Shown piece by piece: positions 55,701 to 64,000 of a stretch of 64,000 nt of DNA. The notes beneath the pieces were generated by a model. That model saw only the letters and a program-made list of their open reading frames with translations. It did not search any database and was not told the DNA's origin. Source of the stretch: Leucoraja ocellata (lineage: Eukaryota); contig JAWMAR010000406.1 in NCBI GenBank assembly GCA_036785375.1, forward strand, positions 1,116,001 to 1,180,000, written 5' to 3'. Made by a program: the position numbers and the translations under genes. How positions within the stretch are numbered: the first letter of the stretch is position 1; each line of letters starts with the position of its first letter.

Positions 55701-56386
55701 CTTATTTGGTGAGAGCAGGCCAGCAAACTCTAATAAATTAACATGCACCAAATATTTGGGGTAGACTGAAAATTCAGACCAAATTGCAGCCAATTACTGC
55801 GTCGCAGCTCCAACGACTTGAGCTTAACCTGATCTTGGGTTCTGCCCATGTGGAACTTGCATGTTTCCCTGTTACTGTGTACGTTTCCACCATGGTCTCC
55901 AGTATGCTGGCACATGTCAAGATTTGCAGGTTGGTAGATTAATTGGGTACCATATAGTGCCACTAGTGAGTTGGTGAGTAGAAGTATCTGGGGTTGGGGT
56001 GGAGGGGAAGGGGGTGATATTGATTGAGCTATATACAGGTAAAATAAAATGGGAGTGATGTGAAATTAGTGTCGGTGGTTGACGTAAACTCAGTGGACTG
56101 CAGGGATGGTGTCCGTGCTTGATGACACTAAATTTCAAGTGTTGTGTTCCTAATCAGCATGCTCAGTGAACAAATTTAGTAAAACAAACCGAGTTCAAAA
56201 AAATATTGCACATCTTCATAAACCTGCAGATAACTTTGAACAATCCTGATGACTAATTGTGTGTACCTCACGAAGTTCAGCCGTAACATAGTGCTGCAGG
56301 TCCTTGGCAGATTTAGCCCTGGTCTCCTCACTGCGGCTCTTCAACCCACTGATAAATTGCTGAAGGACGGACCCGCTTCCAGACAT
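1182..56386 (-). CDS. mtor: Serine/threonine-protein kinase mTOR, spliced CDS, N-terminal part only (26 coding exons, about 1352 aa; gene continues beyond window start)
   Basis: Exons read manually with splice sites; phases join without frameshift (sum 4056 nt). Translation matches vertebrate mTOR HEAT region from [12 protein letters not shown] to [13 protein letters not shown]. Confidence 0.98.
2390..2435 (+). repeat. Perfect 23-bp tandem duplication
   Basis: GGTATTACTTTCATGATTTTCAC x2. Confidence 0.9.
3823..3965 (-). CDS. mtor: mTOR exon 26 (143 nt)
   Basis: [48 protein letters not shown]; ttcag / gtaaaa. Confidence 0.96.
4518..4765 (-). mobile_element. CR1-type LINE 3' end
   Basis: Reverse complement of the tail at 5890-6143; related tails at 441-584, 14150-14365, 26987-27129, 27440-27671, 27940-28028, 48605-48745, 50310-50470. 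Confidence 0.8.
5625..6143 (+). mobile_element. CR1-type LINE 3' fragment (RT C-terminus and 3'UTR)
   Basis: [40 protein letters not shown]...GDLIETYKI is typical of the CR1 ORF2 end; followed by the CR1 tail. Confidence 0.9.
6196..6342 (-). CDS. mtor: mTOR exon 25 (147 nt)
   Basis: [17 protein letters not shown]...[20 protein letters not shown] (keeps the serine equivalent to human S1261); aatag / gtttgt. Confidence 0.96.
6909..7001 (-). CDS. mtor: mTOR exon 24 (93 nt)
   Basis: [31 protein letters not shown]; ttcag / gtaaac. Confidence 0.96.
7730..8175 (+). mobile_element. Degenerate longer Penelope-like terminal region
   Basis: Pyrimidine-rich segment leading into the family motif (cctgaaacgcatc...cagatgctgcttgacccgctgagtttctctagcac); boundaries approximate. 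Confidence 0.5.
8225..8825 (+). mobile_element. Old Deu-SINE-like relics (SacSINE1/AmnSINE1-type domain), interrupted by a Penelope-like piece
   Basis: Recalled similarity of ccagtgttctgcccaatatttt...tgtgcacatgttggctg...cttcaaag motifs; not aligned. Confidence 0.4.
9614..9898 (+). mobile_element. tRNA-derived V-SINE (HE1-like)
   Basis: tRNA-like head with A/B-box-like motifs, central ggttttctctgggtgctccggtttcctcc domain, CR1-like tail ending ctaaac. Confidence 0.8.
10610..11505 (+). mobile_element. Degenerate CR1-type LINE ORF2 fragment
   Basis: Remnants such as [10 protein letters not shown]...PGNYRP and HLEYCDQF with stops and frameshifts; boundaries approximate. Confidence 0.8.
11933..12068 (-). 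mobile_element. Penelope-like fragment (single arm)
   Basis: Same family; flanked by ATTTACAGAT at 11923-11932 and 12069-12078. Confidence 0.65.
12638..12874. mobile_element. Fold-back Penelope-like element, 14-bp TSD
   Basis: TSD CTGCACAGGAGACA at 12624-12637 and 12875-12888; inverted arms; core mutated (CTGAAAAAGGG). Confidence 0.8.
16639..16801 (-). CDS. mtor: mTOR exon 23 (163 nt)
   Basis: [31 protein letters not shown]...[10 protein letters not shown]; gttag / gtgaaa. Confidence 0.96.
17222..17334 (-). CDS. mtor: mTOR exon 22 (113 nt)
   Basis: [37 protein letters not shown]; tgtag / gtaagt. Confidence 0.96.
18691..18858 (-). CDS. mtor: mTOR exon 21 (168 nt)
   Basis: [46 protein letters not shown]...VTIK; tacag / gtgagt. 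Confidence 0.96.
19013..19172. other. Assembly gap (160 N) in mtor intron 20
   Basis: N run; flanking exons 20 and 21 join in frame, so no coding exon appears to be missing. Confidence 0.95.
20001..20087 (-). CDS. mtor: mTOR exon 20 (87 nt)
   Basis: [29 protein letters not shown]; tgcag / gtgagc. Confidence 0.96.
20944..21194 (-). CDS. mtor: mTOR exon 19 (251 nt)
   Basis: [23 protein letters not shown]...[11 protein letters not shown]; tgcag / gtaggt. Confidence 0.96.
22780..23725 (+). mobile_element. Degenerate CR1-type LINE fragments
   Basis: RT-like remnants ([30 protein letters not shown]) and CR1 tail; boundaries approximate. Confidence 0.75.
24210..24338 (+). mobile_element. 5'-truncated non-LTR retroposon with (AAG)n tail, 11-bp TSD
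   Basis: TSD ATTCATACCTG at 24199-24209 and 24339-24349; ends gcaagaagaag. Confidence 0.8.
24347..24476 (-). CDS. mtor: mTOR exon 18 (130 nt)
   Basis: [43 protein letters not shown]; tgtag / gtatga. Confidence 0.96.
25692..25722. repeat. (TA)n microsatellite
   Basis: Direct reading. Confidence 0.9.
28325..28580 (+). mobile_element. V-SINE (HE1-like)
   Basis: Homologous to 9614-9898. Confidence 0.8.
29480..29687. mobile_element. Fold-back Penelope-like element with hammerhead-like core at 29595-29622 (+)
   Basis: Inverted arms; CTGAAGAAGGGTCTTAACCCGAAACGTC; degenerate TSD ccacttttacatg / ccacctttatatg. Confidence 0.75.
29713..29847 (-). CDS. mtor: mTOR exon 17 (135 nt)
   Basis: [45 protein letters not shown]; gacag / gtaaag. 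Confidence 0.96.
31535..31627 (-). CDS. mtor: mTOR exon 16 (93 nt)
   Basis: [31 protein letters not shown]; ctgcag / gtaaac. Confidence 0.96.
32730..32982 (+). mobile_element. V-SINE (HE1-like)
   Basis: acggtggcacagcagtagag...gggttcgatcc head; homologous body. Confidence 0.8.
34743..34826 (-). CDS. mtor: mTOR exon 15 (84 nt)
   Basis: [28 protein letters not shown]; ttcag / gtaaag. Confidence 0.95.
34969..35091 (-). CDS. mtor: mTOR exon 14 (123 nt)
   Basis: [41 protein letters not shown]; cacag / gtgcgc. Confidence 0.96.
37095..37365 (+). mobile_element. V-SINE (HE1-like)
   Basis: gcacggtggcgcag head; ctaaactaaactaaa tail. Confidence 0.8.
39622..39822. mobile_element. Fold-back Penelope-like element, 12-bp TSD
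   Basis: TSD TTTTATGTCATC at 39610-39621 and 39823-39834; arms of about 70 bp nearly complementary. Confidence 0.8.
39958..40163 (-). CDS. mtor: mTOR exon 13 (206 nt)
   Basis: [36 protein letters not shown]...PFLRKMLIQ; ttcag / gtagag. Confidence 0.96.
40901..41116 (-). CDS. mtor: mTOR exon 12 (216 nt)
   Basis: [34 protein letters not shown]...LLIVGITDP; tgcag / gtaatt. Confidence 0.96.
41212..41240. repeat. (TA)n(CA)n compound microsatellite
   Basis: Direct reading. Confidence 0.85.
42224..42468 (-). CDS. mtor: mTOR exon 11 (245 nt)
   Basis: [45 protein letters not shown]...[13 protein letters not shown]; tgcag / gtaagg. Confidence 0.96.
43030..43158 (-). CDS. mtor: mTOR exon 10 (129 nt)
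   Basis: [43 protein letters not shown]; cgtag / gtactg. Confidence 0.95.
43876..44059 (-). CDS. mtor: mTOR exon 9 (184 nt)
   Basis: [35 protein letters not shown]...PPKDFAHK; cttctgcag / gtaata. Confidence 0.93.
44620..45432 (-). mobile_element. CR1-type LINE fragments
   Basis: Minus [21 protein letters not shown]...[18 protein letters not shown]. Confidence 0.8.
45763..45871 (-). CDS. mtor: mTOR exon 8 (109 nt)
   Basis: [36 protein letters not shown]; tgcag / gtgagc. Confidence 0.95.
47036..47667. mobile_element. PIF/Harbinger-type MITE
   Basis: 19-bp TIRs TGAGCCTGTCCCACTTAGG / CCTAAGTGGGACAGGCCCA (1 mismatch); TTA on both flanks (47033-47035, 47668-47670); no transposase ORF. Confidence 0.8.
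47869..48144 (-). CDS. mtor: mTOR exon 7 (276 nt)
   Basis: [27 protein letters not shown]...MEVRFEQ; caaag / gtaaat. Confidence 0.95.
49025..49159 (-). CDS. mtor: mTOR exon 6 (135 nt)
   Basis: [45 protein letters not shown]; tctag / gtatgt. Confidence 0.96.
49660..49860 (-). CDS. mtor: mTOR exon 5 (201 nt), GC donor
   Basis: [20 protein letters not shown]...[10 protein letters not shown]; tctag / gcaagt. Confidence 0.94.
52381..52613 (-). CDS. mtor: mTOR exon 4 (233 nt)
   Basis: [23 protein letters not shown]...[15 protein letters not shown]; tgcag / gtaatt. Confidence 0.96.
52951..53046 (-). mobile_element. Short Penelope-like retroelement fragment with 15-bp TSD
   Basis: Flanked by AATTAAGAAAGGCTG at 52936-52950 and 53047-53061; same family as other copies in the window. 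Confidence 0.8.
53015..53042 (-). ncRNA. Minimal type I hammerhead ribozyme core (candidate)
   Basis: Minus strand reads CTGAAGA-A-GGGT-TTCG-GCCC-GAAAC-GTT: CUGANGA, stem II with UUCG loop, GAAA, palindromic AACGTT stem III, NUH triplet. Helix I is short. Confidence 0.6.
53098..53230 (+). repeat. Degenerate minisatellite, about 4 x 35 bp
   Basis: Units like ccctttaaactcacaagggccccatt repeated at 35-bp spacing. Confidence 0.7.
53637..53745 (-). CDS. mtor: mTOR exon 3 (109 nt)
   Basis: [36 protein letters not shown]; tttag / gtatgt. Confidence 0.96.
54297..54517. mobile_element. Fold-back Penelope-like element, 12-bp TSD
   Basis: TSD CGGCAGATAAGA at 54285-54296 and 54518-54529. Confidence 0.78.
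54780..55490 (+). mobile_element. CR1-type LINE fragments (two pieces)
   Basis: GHRFKARG...[11 protein letters not shown] and [13 protein letters not shown] remnants. Confidence 0.75.
56267..56386 (-). CDS. mtor: mTOR first coding exon (exon 2 in human numbering); 5'UTR part extends to about 56411
   Basis: acaccATG; [40 protein letters not shown]; donor gtacac; acceptor cttctgcag at 56412-56420. Missed by the ORF track. Confidence 0.95.
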
Positions 56387-56724
56387 GGTGTAATCTAAAG
56401 AGCTGCAGATTCTGCAGAAGGAAACAAATCAAGATTAGAGTGCGCGTCAACATCTTCTCAATAACAACAAGATTATTCTATTTATATTGAAATCGGTATT
56501 GTTGAAAAGAACATTTCTGAATGGACATTACATTTTATTTTGGTTTATACTCTTGAAGGTACTGTATGTGCATGGTCACCAAATGCACAAAATGTTCTAT
56601 CTAAAATCAACAGAAAAAAAATTCTGAAAATATACGAAACTTGAACATATTTTATGTTCTGCATGTTGTTGCACCATAATGTAATACTACGAAAAAAATT
56701 GTGCAAAAATTAATTTGAGATAAA

Positions 56725-56995
56725 CAGTGCTTCGGCTCACGAAATCCGCGCTGACCAGTGGTCCCCGCCCACAAGCACTATCCTACACACTCGGGACAAT
56801 TGCCAATCTTTACCGAAGCCAATTAACCCACAAACCTGCACATCCTTGGAATGTGGGAGGAAACCGGAGTTCGCAGGGAAAAACCACAGGGTCACAAGAA
56901 CGTTCAAAACTCTGTACAAACAGCACCCATAGCCAGGATCAAATCTGGGTCTGTGGCAAAGCAAGGTACCAAATCTACCATTGCGTCACGATGCA
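56725..56995 (-). mobile_element. V-SINE (HE1-like), reverse orientation
   Basis: Reverse complement of the family. Confidence 0.78.
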
Positions 56996-58942
56996 GGCCA
57001 TTCTTCCTCAATCTTTGGCTACACAGACAACTTGCATTGCCCAGTAAGAACGGAGCAACAAGAATAGGACAGAACTTCCAAGCAGCTTTGAGCTATGTGC
57101 ACCTTGTTGCTCACCTACTCGAAACAAATCAGTTATTTTATGTGGCTATTCAATCCCTAGCCTTCTTGCAGAAACCATCCTGGCATAAATCTAATCATGT
57201 TACAGGACCACAAGCTCCACCCAAATTGATGGTCAAAGAAACTTGACATAGTTAATCACTTGCTTAGCCAGCTGTCAAAATACGATTCCAACTGTCTCTC
57301 ATATACAGTCACGGACAACTGTGAATTAAAAAAATAATTAAAAGTAAAAGTTAAATACAAATATTTCAGCGAACAGTGATTTTAAAATTATGCAAAATAT
57401 CTTTCTAATCCATGTTCTTTGCAATTGATTCTTCTGTTGAAAAGAACAGAGATGCTGTTCCTTCACCGAGGTTTACCCAACCCAGGTTACAGGTTCAGTA
57501 GATACTTCCCGAGTGATGCAATATTGTTGAATACCCATCAGGAAGTCCTGAACTTCTTGATACTTACCAGGCAAATGCTGATGGTTCCATGTGGAATTGC
57601 TGTCATTTCGCAGGAAAATTCAGGCCATTAACCAGAGAAATGTGCCATTTGTCATGACCAAGGTTACATTACGCACACAATCACTTAGGATGTAAAAGAT
57701 CTTTCTGCTTCTCAATTATACATTTTCCATTCCCTCTGATATAAATGTGTTCTTACTTTTCACCGGGCTCTGCGTAGTCAATAAAACTATTTTCCAGAAA
57801 CTAATACTGCAATTTTGTTGGATACAAGAGCCTACAGATGCTGAAATATTGAGCAAAAATCTAAGTGTTGGATGAACTCAGCCAGTCAAGCAGCGTCTGT
57901 GGGGAAATGGACAGATGATGTTTCTGGTTCGGTCCTTTCTTCAGACTGAGAAATCTAAGGGTCTTGACATAAATTATCATCACTCCATTCCCTGTACAGA
58001 AGCTGCCTGACCGCTGAACTCATCCACAATTTTGTTTGTTGCCCCAATCTTGTTGTGAGCAGGACTTGTTCTCCTCTTTCCTGACTGACCATTCAACAGT
58101 GCCATTGGCCAATGGAAAAGGGAAATCCATGACTGTGGTGCAATGCATTAATCTGTTAGCATATTCCTGTTACTTCATACTTTAAATTATTTCAAATATC
58201 TTCCATTCCAATAGCACATGGTTACTTCTGCATTCTTTTATAAGCTTCTAAAGTCAGGAATAATCTCATAGTTATTTGTTACATCTATTCCCCCCCTCTT
58301 ATGTAATTCGGGTATTCAACATTTGCAAAATATAAACAAATCAAAATGCTGCCAGATATTTCAAACAAATTAACAGGATTGCACATATTTTTTTCTTTCT
58401 CTTTCTAAAAACTTGTGAACATACAATTAGAGGCTGAACCCTTTATGATAATCATATAATACCAACACTTTCAACAGCTAACATGTTTCTCATAGGATAT
58501 TTTTCCAATTGGAAGAATACCTGTTGAGGCAGTCTTCACTTCAGCTGGACCGGGAACAGTTTTAATGAATTGAATAATTAGAGTTATTGATAAAGCTTTA
58601 ACCTAAAGAGGAGTGTTCTGGTAAGGGGTAATTTAGAAAGTTAATGAGATAGAACAAGGCAATAATGTAGGGTATCAAAATGGATAATGATAACCAAAGT
58701 GTGGGACGAATGAGCAGAGCAAATCAACATAAGTCTTATTGGAGTCACAACAATTTGTTAGATGGCAAAATTAATGGTCTTTTAATACATGCAGCAATAT
58801 TTGATCGCTATTATAAATATGTGATTCCAAAGTAATCAAGATTGGGAATTCTAGGATGGTTAACTTTCTGCTTTATGCCAATTTACAAATAGTTCATGTA
58901 GTAATGAAGGAATTATTACCTATCGGCAAATAATCGTTCATC

Positions 58943-59160
58943 AGAAGATACACACAAAATGCCGGAGTAACTCAGCGGGACAAGCAGCATCTCTTTATAG
59001 AAGAAATGGGTGATGTTTCTGAGAGTCTCAGTCTGAAGAAGGATCTCGACCTGAAACGTCACCCATTCCATCTATCCAGAGATGGTGCTTGCCCCGCTGA
59101 GTTCTTCCAGCATTTCATTTTCAATCTTCAATGCAAACCAGCAACTGAAGAACCTCCTGC
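58943..59160. mobile_element. Fold-back Penelope-like element with hammerhead-like core at 59033-59060 (+)
   Basis: CTGAAGAAGGATCTCGACCTGAAACGTC inside inverted arms. Confidence 0.7.
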
Positions 59161-59352
59161 TTCGTCCTATCTATGTAACTGGTTCCCACATACGCCACAA
59201 CAATTGGGTATTTATTTGACCACTTCAATTTCCTCGCCAGCACCAACATGTTCTTTATCATGTCACAGGACAGGTAGCTTTCAGTTCATTGCTGTACATC
59301 ACAGCATCTACCCCCCCCCCCTAACAGTGTCTATCTGATCATTACTTCATCC

Positions 59353-59447
59353 GTCTGAAGGGTCTCGACCTGAAATTTCAACTATTCCTTCGCTCCATCA
59401 ATGCTGCCTCACCCGCTGAGTTTCTCCAGCATTTTTGTCTACGTTCT
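59353..59447 (+). mobile_element. Short Penelope-like fragment, 12-bp TSD
   Basis: TSD ATTACTTCATCC at 59341-59352 and 59448-59459; starts GTCTGAAGGGTCTCGACC. Confidence 0.78.
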
Positions 59448-59774
59448 ATTACTTCATCCCTTTTCACTTTCCTAACATGAATGGTGCTCATTTCCACAGT
59501 GCAAACTGCTGCCACAGGCTGCAAGAATTTCATGTACCTTAGATAAGTGCAAAATCTAAGGCTCTACCAATGCCATCTTCAAACCCCATGCCTATCTCAT
59601 CTGTAGTCACTCTCTCCTCTGCTCTTGACTGGACATGACTGCAGTACTTTAAGCTGTCAGTATGACTATCAACTGGTGCGTCAAGGTACATTTCATGAGC
59701 TGTAATGCATCCTAGTGTCTGAGTATGTGTCCAGCTTATGGCAAATATTACACATACCGCAGCTTTACTTCAGT

Positions 59775-60021
59775 AGACGTTAGAGGTACAGCGCGGAAAT
59801 AGGTCCTTCGGCCCATGGAGTCCACGCCGACAAGCGATCACCCCCTACACACGAGGGACAATTTACACTTTTACCACAGCCAATTAACCTATAAACCTGT
59901 ACGTCTTTGGAGTGTGGTAGAAAAGCGGAGCACCTGGAGAAAACCCACACATGGAGAACATACAAACTGCATAGTGACAGCACCCGTAGTTAGGATCGAA
60001 TCCGGGACTCTGGCGCTGTAA
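59775..60021 (-). mobile_element. V-SINE (HE1-like), reverse orientation
   Basis: Reverse complement of the family. Confidence 0.8.
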
Positions 60022-62644
60022 CTCACAAATCAACTCACAAATCAGAAAAGGTAAACAAACTATTTTTTTTAATCCCATAGTGTTTAGGTTTAAAGATGCA
60101 TTTTGCCATTGTCTCATTGAAGTCTCTTTGTCACCAAAGTCAATTTTCCATAGATAACAGGCACTAAATGCTGTGCAAAAAATATAGCAGAATTCACAAA
60201 TTTATATTACCAGACAGGCCAAGCTGCAAATTGGTACACAATTTGGTTAACTACCTGGTTACGTAGTTAACTGTAGGATTAACTGTATTTTTGTAATACT
60301 TTTTATTACTTACCATTGCAAATGAAAACCGCAAGACTGAGAAAATCTAACTTTCAAATTGATAAAAGTGATAAAAACAGACTTACTACACTTGCGGGCA
60401 ACGTCATTAACTTCAATTAATCTTGTATAACCCTTAACCTCTTTAGTTGGCCACAGATTGATCACTTTACCCGTTAAGTTATATCTCAATGAAGCATATA
60501 TTCATTTTTCCTCCTGGAGCAAGTTCAGAACATTGTGTATCACAAAAAGCAATCATTTTCTCATCAGAATGCCAGCTCATTCAGTGCAGAACATGGTAAA
60601 TGAGGTGAGGATTTATCAGTGAACTCTAAAAATGGGACTTAATTGTCCAGTGATTCACTGCATGGTATTCCACAGAATTTTGACTTTTAAACAAATTCCA
60701 AATTTACATTATCATTCAGAAAGGCCATCTCACATTTACATGCATCAGTAATCTGCTTACATATCTTTTGTTGCAGAGATACCATGGCAGCGAGGTTTTG
60801 GAGAAACGCTGACTTTCAGTCACTGATGATGATGTCTCAATGACCATAAGGAATCCCCGCACACTTATTTTGAGGAATCGGTTCAGTTGTACAAGTTATG
60901 ATCTTCCAATACCAACTGTTTACATTTAGACAGGCCGCGCTTTCCAGGCTTTCTGACAACAACAAATCCACCAATTTCAGATTGTTCATTTATTTCAAAT
61001 GAAAACTGGCAATTTGACTTCCGCCAGAATCATTTTTTTCTTCTTTTGCCCCACGACCAATGCTAATTACCTTATCCTATCATTCTCCTGGCATTTACAC
61101 ATTGCTGCTTTTTAAAATGACCACATATATTCCATTTGTTCTCTCCTGTCTTTCCCCTTTTCTTGACTCTGTACTAGCTCAAAGCTTATTTCTCTAACTG
61201 CTTCAATCATCGAACTGGATGAAAGGTAACTGCCCATTAATGATTTAACCATTTACCTTTCCACAGATGCTGCCTGCTCTCAACTTTACAAGCATTATCT
61301 GCTTCTATGTCATGTTAATATATCCTTGAACTACAGAGAGTTGGCACCTCGCATTGAAACTCGTATAATTCAAAAACTGACATTCATCCCATATCTTTAC
61401 AGCACAAGTTATTACATAAATACATACATCAACATATATTCTTACCCAAAACATAAATGTAGATTATTCATCACTCTGGGCTCCCTATTTGCTTGCCTAA
61501 TCTCACACTTTCCTATTAAAGATTACAAGACGGCAATGAAATAAGTGTAGAATGTACTGTCAGAGGCCTGATGTCTGTCAGCTAGTTAGATGCCCACTTC
61601 AACCTCCAACCACTATAACATTCCAGCTATTTAAGCACAAACTTATTTTGCAGCACCTCATCTATTAAAGATTAAACACAAACAAAGTCTTAGCAAACTA
61701 CATACGGACTTTACTGATACAAAGCTTAGGTGGTTAAACTTTTACTCCAAAAGAAGATAATGAGTCAATGAATATAGAGATATTTTTGGAGCATTGAGTC
61801 TCCGAGTACTGTCAAATCACATGACATAGTCAACAGATTAGTAACACATGTTCTGTGTATGGTGATCTGCCAATGCAGTCAGCATTCAGCAAACAAGGTA
61901 CAGTCAAAAATCACAATCAAAGCCTATATGTTATATGTGGCTTCTTATATGTTATATATAGCTCGATGGCTCTGTGTCTCCCAACTAATTCAAAGTTTAA
62001 ACCCAACGACTGTCATGCATGGCAAAGCAGACAGCAGTTGGCAAACAGACCCTAAAATGCTGAATTCCCTCAACCCAACCAAATAGTGGTAAATGAGTCT
62101 GATAATCAGATGTTTAAAAAACAATTGAAATCAATTTCAATCATTTTACAAATAAAAAAATATTCATATCTCTTTGCAATTGGTTCTACAGCTCAGGTTT
62201 TGTCACACTATTGAGGAGAGGAAGGAGGAGACCACAAGTGGGTGCATTTGATCTCTGGCTCATTGTGGCCATCAGCACCATAATCCTCAGGTTAAAACAC
62301 AAAGATATACAGGTTTGTAGCCTAAAGGGCTTGGCATAATTGTAAATTGTCCCTAGTGTGTGTAGGATAGCATTAGTGTGCGGTGATCACAGGTCGACGC
62401 AGACCTGAAGGGCCAAATGGCCTGTTTCCGTGCTGTGTCTATAAACTAAACCAAAACCCATTTAGTGGAGACAGCGGAGAGGGGGGAGGCAGAAGGCCCT
62501 GGAGGGGGTGGCAGGGGACCCAGCAAGAGAATAGAACAAGTTGGACTGCCTGGAAGAGGGGGTGGCAGAACGGGTGGAACAAAAAGGGAAGCAGGGGGAA
62601 TTCCTTGGGGAAGGGGGAGTAAAAAGGGTAATTTCCAATTTTTT

Positions 62645-63150
62645 ATTGGAATATTGGTTTTGCATACAATACAGGTCACACCACTACAGGAAGAATGTGA
62701 AAGCTTTGGAGACTGTGCCAAAGAGGTTTACCAGAATGCTGTCTAGATTAAAGGAGATTAATGTCAGAGCCTCATAGAAGTAGATTCAATTATGAGGGGA
62801 ATAGATGGGGCAAACTGTCATATCCATTTCCCTCGGGTGGAAATGTCAAAGATTAGAAGTCATAACTTTAAGGTCAAAGGGGCAAAGTTTAAAGAATACA
62901 TGCGGGGCAATTTGTTTTTTTACAGAGGCTGGTGGGTGCCTGGAATTTGCTACCAGGGATGGCAGTGGAGGCAGATGCAGTAGTAGCGTTTAAGAGGCTT
63001 TTAGATGGGTACATGGATGTGCAGGGAATGGAGGGGTATTGATCATGTGCAGGCAGTTGAGATTGGTTTAGCTTGGCATCATGTTTGGTGTAGATATTCT
63101 GGGCCAAAGGGCTTGTTCCTGTGCAGTACTTTTCTACGTTCTATATGTTT
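62645..63150 (+). mobile_element. CR1-type LINE 3' fragment
   Basis: ALETVPKRFTRML, FPRVEMSKIRSHNFKVKGAKFK, tail gggccaaagggcttgttcctgtgc. Confidence 0.8.
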
Positions 63151-63209
63151 AAGACTTTGTTCAATCAGTGTTCTTGTCATGATTTTATACATTTCTATCA
63201 GATCAAATA

Positions 63210-63631
63210 CAGAAAACTCTCGTTATAACCCGACCATGGGGGAGTGGGACAATGACATAGTGTCCTCTATTGCCGATCGTCCGCTATAACCGAGTAAGGG
63301 ATTCACTCCCAACAGTCACTCCATGAAACAATGAGTTGTTTTCAAAAATAAAGTTATTTTTAACAATGAAAAATGTATTTTCTTACTGAAAACTAAAAAT
63401 ACTAACGGCTGTTTGTTACATTGTTTGGTGGAGTTAAGTGTCAATTGGAGAGATTTCTTGTTAATTTCAATGCCCAGTCAATTTCAATGCCCTGTGAATT
63501 TCAATGACCTCCACAATGTAACTAGCAGCCTGAAGGGTCTCGACCCGAAATGTCACCCAAACGTTATAGCCAAACAGTCGGTTACAACCAAATTCCTTTA
63601 TAAAGAGGCCCGTAATAAAAAGGGTTTACTG
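63210..63631. mobile_element. Tigger/pogo-like non-autonomous DNA transposon
   Basis: TA|CAGAAAACTCTCGTTATAAC ... GTAATAAAAAGGGTTTACTG|TA: imperfect TIRs with TA flanks. Confidence 0.65.
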
Positions 63632-64000
63632 TACTATGCATTTCCAGCATTTTCTATGTTGATACTGTATAAGCACCTCGTCTTTGACAGAAGAACCACA
63701 TCTCGATAAAGTAGCATACTTTCAGTACTGCACATCTGTCTGGATAACTTATTTGAACCCACATCTTTCTAGTTCAGCTGCCTCCTGATTGTAGACTGTA
63801 ATACACTTTATATGCTAGAATGCATTTCTTAGCCAATAATTAGTTCAAATTACCGCACCAGGCCGAAATATGAATCCCCATTTAGATTGAACTGTGCAAG
63901 ATAATCAGGATTAAAATATTTAATTAACCTAATCATCATATCATTAACAGATAGGTAATCTGCATTTTGCATGGTCAAGAATCAAAAGTGGTTTATTGTC

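Noticed and set aside
56267-56386. N-terminus 14 aa shorter than human mTOR
   Set aside because: The missing part is the low-complexity Ala/Thr stretch that varies among vertebrates; not unusual.
57560-57575. ATACTTACCAGGCA resembling the U1 snRNA 5' end
   Set aside because: Similarity stops after about 14 nt; no U1 body or Sm site.
62383-62777. Overlapping Gly/Pro-rich ORFs
   Set aside because: SINE tail, GA-rich low-complexity tract and CR1 remnant; open in several frames because of composition.

Overview
Eukaryotic, AT-rich, repeat-dense genomic DNA. The repeat families point to a cartilaginous fish, probably a skate or ray (inference). The window is almost entirely the 5' half of the mtor gene on the minus strand. 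I traced 26 consecutive coding exons from the ATG at 56386 to an exon ending at 1182. They splice in frame to 4056 nt / 1352 aa of the N-terminal HEAT-repeat region; FAT, FRB and kinase exons lie beyond the window start, and the non-coding first exon and promoter were not located. Exon numbers and human comparisons follow human MTOR as recalled, not aligned. Introns carry CR1-type LINE fragments, tRNA-derived V-SINE (HE1-like) copies, Deu-SINE-like relics, a PIF/Harbinger-type MITE and a Tigger/pogo-like element. The most notable signal is a family of about 20 short Penelope-like, often fold-back elements, several with 12-15 bp target-site duplications. They carry a minimal hammerhead-ribozyme core (CTGAAGA-hairpin-GAAAC-GTH), and one intact copy lies in the mtor pre-mRNA sense. 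Other notable items are a retroposon whose TSD duplicates the exon 18 splice donor, a GC-AG intron, and an exon whose first bases recreate a consensus donor. Most listed six-frame ORFs are spurious.
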